NCBI RefSeq assembly: GCF_000020385.1
Contig: NC_010814.1
Coordinates: 630,001 to 662,000, forward strand
DNA length: 32,000 nt
Origin: Trichlorobacter lovleyi SZ
GTDB taxonomy: Bacteria > Desulfobacterota > Desulfuromonadia > Geobacterales > Pseudopelobacteraceae
Direction of reading: 5' to 3'
Position 1 is the first letter of the stretch. Every line of letters starts with the position of its first letter. A program made the position numbers and the translations under genes. Below are positions 9,304-15,300 of the stretch, piece by piece. The notes beneath the pieces were generated by a model. That model did not search any database. It worked only from the letters and a program-made list of their open reading frames with translations, and was not told the origin of the DNA.

Positions 9304-10770
9304 ATGACTATAGAACGTGCCTCAGAATATCTGCAAAGTCTGCTCAGCGAACTACTTAAACTACCTGCTGAAACCGAATGGGTAGAATTTAAGCACAATA
9401 ACGACAACCCTGACGAGATCGGCGAATACCTGTCTGCCCTGGCCAATGCTGCTGCTCTTACGGGTAAGGTACATGCCTATCTGCTCTGGGGGGTGAACAA
9501 TGAGACTCATGAGATTATCGGCACATGCTTTGACCCTGCCAAGACCAAGGTCGGCAACGAAGAGCTGGAAAGCTGGCTACTGCGGCTACTGAGCCCCAAG
9601 ATCAATTTCCGCTTTTATCCCATCCAGGCTGCTGGCAAACCGGTTGTGCTGCTGGAGATCGGCGCTGCCTTCCGCCACCCGGTGCAGTTCAAGAACACTG
9701 AATTTATCCGGGTCGGCTCGTACAAGAAGAAGCTCAAGGACTTCCCCGAGAAGGAGCGCGATCTGTGGCGGGTATTCGACCGAATTCCGTTTGAGAGGGA
9801 AATCGCTGCGGAGAACGTAACCATTGATGAGGTTCTGAAGTTGCTTGATTATCCGGCTTATTTCGACTTGCTCTCACTGCCACTGCCTGAGGGCCGTGAT
9901 GGCATTCTGGCCGCTTTGGCCGCCGATGAGATGATTGCACCGGGCAAGGGTGGTAAATGGAACATCGCCAATCTGGGAGCGGTGCTTTTTGCCAAGCGGC
10001 TTGCCGATTTCCGTCCCCTACGGCGTAAGGCGATGCGGGTTGTTTTATATAAAGGAGAAAGCCGCGTTGAAACGGTGCGTGAGCAGGAGGGTACAAAGGG
10101 GTACGCAGCAGGTTTTGAGGGACTGATCGGTTTTGTCACTAATCTGCTTCCCAGCAATGAGGTGATCGGCCAGGCCTTGCGCAAGGAAGTGCCGATGTTT
10201 CCAGAACTCGCCATCCGCGAGCTAGTTGCCAACGCCATTATTCACCAGGATTTTCACCTCACGGGCACCGCGCCGATGGTGGAGATCTTCTCCAATCGCA
10301 TGGAAATCTCCAACCCCGGCTTACCACTGGTGAAGACCGACCGTTTTTTGGATAGCCCGCCAAAATCACGTAATGAATGCTTGGCTTCATTCATGCGCCG
10401 CATCGGCGTCTGCGAAGAGCGTGGGAGCGGTGTGGATAAAGTAGTATTTCAGACAGAGTTTTATCAACTCCCAGCTCCGCTGTTTGAAATAACCGATGAA
10501 CATACACGCGCCGTCCTTTTTGCTCACCGGGAGTTCAGAGACATGCACAAGGAAGACCGTATCCGGGCGTCCTACCTGCATGCCTGCCTGCGATATGTAC
10601 AGCGTGATTTTATGACCAATACCACCCTACGGGAGCGCTTCGGGGTTGAAGAAAAGAACAGCTCAATGGTCTCACGAATTATCAAGGATACTATTGGGGC
10701 TGGTCTGATCCGCTGCCATGATGAAAGTGTTGGTAGTAAAGCCAGAAAATATCTGCCGTGGTGGGCGTGA
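9304..10770 (+). CDS. AlbA_2 (Schlafen-like DNA-binding) plus HATPase_c_4 domain protein, often annotated RecG-like or ATP-binding regulator
   Basis: AAGGAG Shine-Dalgarno. The N-terminal ETEWVEFKHN...YLSALANA..GKVHAYLLWGV matches AlbA_2. The central IRELVANAIIHQDF...MEISNPG matches a GHKL-type HATPase_c_4 domain. It is co-directional with hsdS and starts 11 nt after it. Confidence 0.65.
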   Translation: MTIERASEYLQSLLSELLKLPAETEWVEFKHNNDNPDEIGEYLSALANAAALTGKVHAYLLWGVNNETHEIIGTCFDPAKTKVGNEELESWLLRLLSPKINFRFYPIQAAGKPVVLLEIGAAFRHPVQFKNTEFIRVGSYKKKLKDFPEKERDLWRVFDRIPFEREIAAENVTIDEVLKLLDYPAYFDLLSLPLPEGRDGILAALAADEMIAPGKGGKWNIANLGAVLFAKRLADFRPLRRKAMRVVLYKGESRVETVREQEGTKGYAAGFEGLIGFVTNLLPSNEVIGQALRKEVPMFPELAIRELVANAIIHQDFHLTGTAPMVEIFSNRMEISNPGLPLVKTDRFLDSPPKSRNECLASFMRRIGVCEERGSGVDKVVFQTEFYQLPAPLFEITDEHTRAVLFAHREFRDMHKEDRIRASYLHACLRYVQRDFMTNTTLRERFGVEEKNSSMVSRIIKDTIGAGLIRCHDESVGSKARKYLPWWA

Positions 10771-10785
10771 GGGCTGTTATTAAAT

Positions 10786-10895
10786 TTGCTTGACCGTTGC
10801 TTGACTGGAGAAACTTTGCATCGAGCCAGCTTGAATAAATTTGGTTTAAAAACATGCAGTTACAAGTGTTTGCTTGCTTGATCGTTGCTTGACTG
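10786..10895 (+). repeat. Direct repeat TTGCTTGA(C/T)CGTTGCTTGACTG, two copies, each containing an internal GCTTGAC duplication
   Basis: Copies at 10786-10807 and 10874-10895 match at 21 of 22 positions. Each is followed by gaaacttt (10811 and 10910). Confidence 0.7.
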
Positions 10896-10964
10896 CAAGT
10901 GAATAGCGCGAAACTTTAGAAATTCGGAATTTCAGAATTTCTAAAAGCGTCTGATTAGCCACAA

Positions 10965-10997
10965 GAAAAGCCGCGTTAAACAGTAACGCGGCTTTTC
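10965..10997. terminator. Bidirectional intrinsic terminator between the RM block and nifEN
   Basis: Perfect 14-bp stem gaaaagccgcgtta / taacgcggcttttc with a 5-nt loop. A-runs and T-runs lie on both sides. Confidence 0.8.
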
Positions 10998-11023
10998 TGT
11001 GTCCTTTTTTCAGAACCTGCTTT

Positions 11024-13771
11024 TCAGTTATGTGCCAGTTTCTGGGCGTCCTTTGCGTTGGCCTGGAACAGGTTTGCCACTTCAAACACCAGGTTCAGGG
11101 TACCGCGATAGCCGACCCACATCTTCTGGTGCGCCCCCAACCGGTCAAACACCGGCAGGCCGGTTCTGAGGTGGGCGCCGATCTTGAGCTTGGCTGCTGC
11201 CTGCCTGCCGTTGGAGTTGGCCACCAGCAGGTCGGCACCGACGGCAGCGGTTTCAAGATCCTCAAGGTCACCCACAAAGACGTTGTTACAGGGCAGGCTG
11301 TCCAGCCCGCGGGTGCGGGTGGCTGCCAGGGCAGCCTGGATCTGGCAGCCCATGCCTGCCAGAAAACGGGTCATCCCTTTCAGATGGTCGGCCTCAAGGG
11401 CGATGGCAACCTTTTTGTTGCCAAACTGGTAGTGGCTGTCCACCAGCGCATCAGCCAATCTTGATCTCCAACGCTGCTGTTTCTCCGGTATTGCTTTGCC
11501 ACTGATGGCTGACAGGGTTGACATGAAGTGGTCAGTCTCGGCCATGCCGGTCAAGGAGGTGAAGCCGTAGGCCGGAATCCCCAGCCGTTCTTCCAGCTGG
11601 CTGGCTGCCCTGGCCAGTGAATCACCCACATACAGGGTGGCGATACTGCGGCCGGCCTGTCTGATCTTGTCGACGCTGATGCCGCCGGTGGAAAGGGGTG
11701 ATACATCGGCATCAATATGGCCATCCAGGGCATTGGCGATGTCCGGAACACAGAGTACGCTCAGGCCGAATGATTCGATCAGCTCCTTCAGCTCCTCCAC
11801 ATCTGCCGGTGTCAATTGCGCCCCCGGCACCAGGTTGACCTGACCCGGGATCGGTTCACCAGCCTCCGGCAGGGTGGCCAGAATCGCCTCGACGGTGTTG
11901 GCATACCCTTCCTGCAATGAGCCGCAGTAATCCGGGGTTGAGGCCCAGATAATCGGTACCTGGTCATGCTCCGGATGCTCCACACGGAACTGGTGGATGG
12001 CAGAGCGGACATCATCCCCCATGGTCTCGGTCAGGCCGGAGGTCATCACCCCCACCACCTTGGGACCGAATTTCTCGATCACCCGGCCGATCCCTTTTTT
12101 CAGGTTTTCCCAGCCGCCAAAGATGGCACTGTCTTCGCTCATGGCCGTGGCGTTCAGGGCGATGGATTCCTTGAAGTGCCTGGAGAGCTGCAACCGGATA
12201 AAGGTGGAACAGCCCTGCGCACCATGCAGCAGCCCCAGCATCTGATCAATTCCCAGATAGGCCAGGGTTGCCCCCAGGGCTGGCGAGTTTTTTTGTGGGT
12301 TGACCGTGGCAGCCTTTTTCGGCACTGCTACCCGTGATGCAGCCAGATCCTCTGCCAGATAGGTGGCAGCATGGCTGCGGGCAGCATTTACCAGCGGGGT
12401 TGCATCGGTCTCCCACGGTTCCGGGCTGTTCAGCAGCGTCCAGATCGGGTTGTTAACGGTCAGGTCCAGCTGTTTTGCAAAGGTCACCATCCCCTCATAC
12501 CCGGCATAGGGGTGGGAGCGGCCATGGTTGATGTCAAGGAACGGCGTCTTGGTCTTTAAGGCCAGAAACTTGGTCTTGCCGCCAGCTACAATCAGATCCG
12601 GCATCTTTTCTTTCATCACCCCCAGCAGACCGGCGGTGGAGGTGTCTTCAATGATCCTGGCATCCTTGTGCATCAAGGCCTTCATCCGGTAGAAGTCTTC
12701 AAGGGTGGAGTTCTGGGTTCCGGCAGCCAGGATCTCTACCCCCAGCTCACGCAGGGCATTGACCATGGACCAGGTCTTGACCCCGCCGGTGAACAGCACG
12801 GCCCGCTTCCCTTCCAGTCGGGCGCGGTAGGGGGCCAGCCGCTCGCGGCACTTTGCCTCTTCCTCCTCCAGCAGCTGCTCCACCCGATCCTGCATGATCC
12901 GCTTTTCAAGACCGTTGACTGCGTCATCCAGGGCAATGGCGATGTTGCGCAGCGCCTTGGCAATATCGGTCATGCCGTAGAACGACTCTTCCAGATACGG
13001 CATGCCGTAGGTCTTTTGCATCTTCTTGGCCAGGTTGGTCAGGCTCTTGGAGCAGATGATAATGTTCAGCTTGGCCCGGTGGGCGTAGCGCAGCTCCTCA
13101 AACTTGGCATCGCCGGAAAAACAGGAGAGGATCTGGATACCCAGCCGGTCAAACAGCGGCAGCATCCCCCACAGGTCACCGGCGATGTTGTATTCGCCGA
13201 TCAGGTTGATCGGATATTCACCCAGCGTTGGTGGCTCTGCCGTACCGATCACCTGTTTGAACAGAATTTCACCAGCCAGGCGGTTGCCGATGTTCTTGTC
13301 GCCGATAAAGCCGGGGGTGTTGACCGGCACCAGCGGGATGCTGACCTTTTCCTGGGCTGCCTTGCAGACCGATTCAATATCATCACCGGTCATGGCGGTG
13401 ACGCAGGTGGCGTAGACGAACATCCCTTTTGCTTCAGGGTAGCGTTCGGCCAGATCAATGATCGCCTTGTACAGCTTCTTCTCACCACCAAAGATCACAT
13501 CGTTTTCCAGCATCTCGGTGGTGAAACCACGGCGGTACAGTTGTGAGCCGGATGAACGGGCCCCCCGGTTGTCCCAGGAGTTGCCGGCGCAGGCGATCGG
13601 GCCATGCACCAGGTGAATCGCGTCGGTCACCGGCATCAACACTACCCGGGCGCCGTCATAGGCGCAGGAACGTTCGGTTCCCTCGCCAGGCTCGGATTTT
13701 TTACAGAACTTTGGAGCACCCTTTTCGTGGGTGGAACAGTCTTCAACGTCGTAGTAGTCAGGTTTTGCCAT
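11024..13771 (-). CDS. nifEN: Fused nitrogenase MoFe-cofactor scaffold protein NifE-NifN
   Basis: The start was set at the ATG at 13771, after a GGAGG. The N-terminal half is NifE-like (MAKPDYYDVEDC..CAYDGARVVLMPVTDAIHLVHGPIACAGNSWDNRG). The C-terminal half is NifN-like (NPQKNSPALGATLAYLGIDQMLGLLHGAQGCSTF). Together they form one 915-aa ORF. Confidence 0.9.
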   Translation of the reverse strand: MAKPDYYDVEDCSTHEKGAPKFCKKSEPGEGTERSCAYDGARVVLMPVTDAIHLVHGPIACAGNSWDNRGARSSGSQLYRRGFTTEMLENDVIFGGEKKLYKAIIDLAERYPEAKGMFVYATCVTAMTGDDIESVCKAAQEKVSIPLVPVNTPGFIGDKNIGNRLAGEILFKQVIGTAEPPTLGEYPINLIGEYNIAGDLWGMLPLFDRLGIQILSCFSGDAKFEELRYAHRAKLNIIICSKSLTNLAKKMQKTYGMPYLEESFYGMTDIAKALRNIAIALDDAVNGLEKRIMQDRVEQLLEEEEAKCRERLAPYRARLEGKRAVLFTGGVKTWSMVNALRELGVEILAAGTQNSTLEDFYRMKALMHKDARIIEDTSTAGLLGVMKEKMPDLIVAGGKTKFLALKTKTPFLDINHGRSHPYAGYEGMVTFAKQLDLTVNNPIWTLLNSPEPWETDATPLVNAARSHAATYLAEDLAASRVAVPKKAATVNPQKNSPALGATLAYLGIDQMLGLLHGAQGCSTFIRLQLSRHFKESIALNATAMSEDSAIFGGWENLKKGIGRVIEKFGPKVVGVMTSGLTETMGDDVRSAIHQFRVEHPEHDQVPIIWASTPDYCGSLQEGYANTVEAILATLPEAGEPIPGQVNLVPGAQLTPADVEELKELIESFGLSVLCVPDIANALDGHIDADVSPLSTGGISVDKIRQAGRSIATLYVGDSLARAASQLEERLGIPAYGFTSLTGMAETDHFMSTLSAISGKAIPEKQQRWRSRLADALVDSHYQFGNKKVAIALEADHLKGMTRFLAGMGCQIQAALAATRTRGLDSLPCNNVFVGDLEDLETAAVGADLLVANSNGRQAAAKLKIGAHLRTGLPVFDRLGAHQKMWVGYRGTLNLVFEVANLFQANAKDAQKLAHN

Positions 13772-13817
13772 TGCTGCCTCCAAACGGGCGGCATCGTTGC
13801 TGCCCGTGACCTGACTT

Positions 13818-13833
13818 TGCACTGGGCGTGCCA
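13818..13833 (-). promoter_or_regulatory. sigma54 promoter for nifEN
   Basis: The minus strand reads TGGCACGCCCAGTGCA, with GG-N10-GC spacing. It lies about 47 nt upstream of the ATG. Confidence 0.7.
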
Positions 13834-14001
13834 ATAGTGTAATTATTTGTTTTTGCTTGAATATGTGCCGATGTGGTCCCGGCGGCGAGCGTGCCATGCT
13901 CTGCTGGTGCCGACGAAATACACAATTTTGCCTTCTGCTGCAAAAAAGCTGGGCGTCACGGCCGTCTCAAACTGTGCTGCAACAGCTAATAACCCCCTTG
14001 A

Positions 14002-14029
14002 TTTACATGTACAAATGGCATACTATAAT
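14002..14029 (+). promoter_or_regulatory. Near-consensus sigma70 promoter for the small-ORF pair
   Basis: TTTACA (14002-14007), a 16-nt spacer, then TATAAT (14024-14029). Confidence 0.6.
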
Positions 14030-14062
14030 ACTTGCATGTAGCTAAATGCATGGGTGAACACC

Positions 14063-14551
14063 ATGATAGCTTCAGTATCGATACAGATTCCTGCGTTGCC
14101 ACCTGATTCTACCTCGGCTCCGGTCAAGAGCGAGGCAGCCCCTCCACAAACACCTCAACCAGCACAGTTGGAAAAAGCAGCGCTCAATACCGGCATTCAG
14201 GCATCCAAACAGGATTCAGTGACGTTATCCAGTACGGCCCGTGACATGAGCAAGGCGCTGAACCAGCAGCATGAACAGAAGACCCAGCTTAAGAAGGAGG
14301 CGGTCAGGCAGCAGGAACAGTCTGCCGGTAAAGAGTCGGAGGCATATACGGCGGCAGGCAAAAATTATCCCCCTTTTATGGGGAACAGTGAAGAATTGAA
14401 GATCCTGAAAGAGACGTCACCGTCGTTGTACCGTGAAATACTGAGGATGATTGTGCCTCCACCACTCAATATTTCTCCGACCGATCTGCAGATCCTGCAG
14501 AATACGCAGTCCGGGCGCAGTACAGCAAAGTCAGAATTAACAACCGCTTGA
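14063..14551 (+). CDS. Hypothetical low-complexity (P/Q/S/T/K-rich) protein
   Basis: The ORF is open from the GTG at 14054, and the first ATG is at 14063. No family was recognised. It contains DSVTLSSTARDM, which resembles the motif in the next ORF. No signal peptide is evident. Confidence 0.45.
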   Translation: MIASVSIQIPALPPDSTSAPVKSEAAPPQTPQPAQLEKAALNTGIQASKQDSVTLSSTARDMSKALNQQHEQKTQLKKEAVRQQEQSAGKESEAYTAAGKNYPPFMGNSEELKILKETSPSLYREILRMIVPPPLNISPTDLQILQNTQSGRSTAKSELTTA

Positions 14552-14567
14552 GAAGGAGGTGGTTATC

Positions 14568-14861
14568 ATGTCAATCAGTCAGATATCGCCCAACAGTTTA
14601 GCAACCAACAGCCCCTATGTTAATCCGGCAGCAAAGACAACCGAGACACAGGCAGGGGCAATTCAACAAGGTAATCAGGATGCGCAAAAACCATCCAAGG
14701 CAGCCAGAACCGATACGGTGACCATCTCGCAGCAGGCGCTGCAGATGACAGCCGGCACTAACAGCAAGCCTGGGGAAACCAACAACAGCACGAATAATAA
14801 CCTGGGCGGCACCCCCAATTCCGTCAACCGTCAGCCGGGGAGTTTCAGCGCACAAGGCTGA
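14568..14861 (+). CDS. Hypothetical low-complexity (Q/N/T/S-rich) protein
   Basis: A strong GAAGGAGG Shine-Dalgarno lies 8 nt before the ATG at 14568. The ORF contains DTVTISQQALQM and is followed by a hairpin terminator. Confidence 0.5.
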   Translation: MSISQISPNSLATNSPYVNPAAKTTETQAGAIQQGNQDAQKPSKAARTDTVTISQQALQMTAGTNSKPGETNNSTNNNLGGTPNSVNRQPGSFSAQG

Positions 14862-14880
14862 GATTTCTGCATAGTTTGAA

Positions 14881-14920
14881 TGCAAACGGGCGTCCCGGTT
14901 TTCCGGGGCGCCTGTTTGCA
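14881..14920 (+). terminator. Hairpin terminator after the small-ORF pair
   Basis: The stem tgcaaacgggcgtcccgg / ccggggcgcctgtttgca is 18 bp with 2 mismatches and a tttt loop. Confidence 0.65.
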
Positions 14921-15001
14921 TATGCCGCATTGATGCTGATGACGGCGTCTGTAACGGGAGGCAGTTGAGCCAGACGGTTTAAATCTCAATTAGAAAAAAA
15001 C

Positions 15002-15030
15002 TTGACATCCGTTCTAATTTTATATTTACT
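15002..15030 (+). promoter_or_regulatory. sigma70-type promoter upstream of the riboswitch
   Basis: Consensus -35 TTGACA (15002-15007) preceded by an A-tract. The candidate -10 is TTTACT at a 17-nt spacing, within an AT-rich stretch. Confidence 0.45.
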
Positions 15031-15060
15031 ATAAACATAGTAAACAATTGAATATCTGTT

Positions 15061-15144
15061 GATATACGAAAATACTCAACTACCCGCGAGGGTAGGGCGG
15101 AAAACCCACGGGTCTCTCTGAGACAGCCGGGCTACCGAAATATC
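15061..15144 (+). promoter_or_regulatory. GEMM-I class cyclic-dinucleotide riboswitch aptamer (c-di-GMP or 3'3'-cGAMP)
   Basis: P1 is GAUAU/AUAUC. One hairpin is ACUACCC-GCGA-GGGUAG with a GNRA loop. The junction GGCGGAAAACC resembles ACGCAAAGCC. The 3' part CACGGGUCUC..GAGACAGCCGGGCUACCGAAA matches the recalled GEMM-I core (GGGUC...GACAGCC.GG.U.CCGAA). Confidence 0.75.
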
Positions 15145-15176
15145 GATTTATCGATAGGCAGGTACCCGGCTTTTTT
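15126..15176 (+). terminator. Riboswitch expression-platform terminator
   Basis: gccgggctacc (15126-15136, shared with the aptamer 3' strand) pairs with ggtacccggc (15161-15170). Six T residues follow. Confidence 0.75.
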
Positions 15177-15300
15177 GCGTCTTGTGCCGCAGAGAAACGG
15201 GGGGATCTACACAATCAAGCAAAGGAGAAGACAACCAAAGATGGGAATAGCATTCAGTAACGCATTCAACAATTCCGGAGCAATGGGAAAGGAGCAGGGT

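Noticed and set aside
3281-10770. Calling the RM block a defined mobile element
   Set aside because: I found no integrase, transposase, tRNA target or clear flanking direct repeats spanning both junctions. Only an insertion relative to the expected nifEN-nifX adjacency can be argued.
12668-13546. A 292-aa plus-strand ORF, plus several others between 11030 and 13837, opposite nifEN
   Set aside because: These are shadow ORFs antisense to a confidently identified NifEN gene. Their composition is Gly/Gln/His/Val-rich and low in complexity, as expected for the antisense frames of a GC-rich gene. They have no Shine-Dalgarno and no recognisable motifs.
13772-13897. An N-terminal 42-aa extension of nifEN from the ORF track; similar extensions apply to nifH (27190-27210), nifX (2967-3014), alpha-E (21191-21229) and the cytochrome (15175-15300)
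   Set aside because: In each case an internal ATG is preceded by a good Shine-Dalgarno and matches the conserved family N terminus. The extensions would also overlap the sigma54 promoters, the riboswitch terminator or the repeat elements.
13898-13912. A second sigma54-like site (minus strand CGGCACCAGCAGAGCA) upstream of nifEN
   Set aside because: The spacing is correct, but the -12 element (GAGCA) and the -24 flank are weak. The stronger TGGCACGCCCAGTGCA site at 13818-13833 lies closer to the gene. It is left as unsupported.
14017-14037. A sigma54-like TGGCAT...TTGCA on the plus strand before the small ORFs
   Set aside because: The GG-to-GC spacing is 17 nt rather than 12, so it does not fit the -24/-12 geometry. 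The overlapping TTTACA-N16-TATAAT sigma70 promoter explains the region better.
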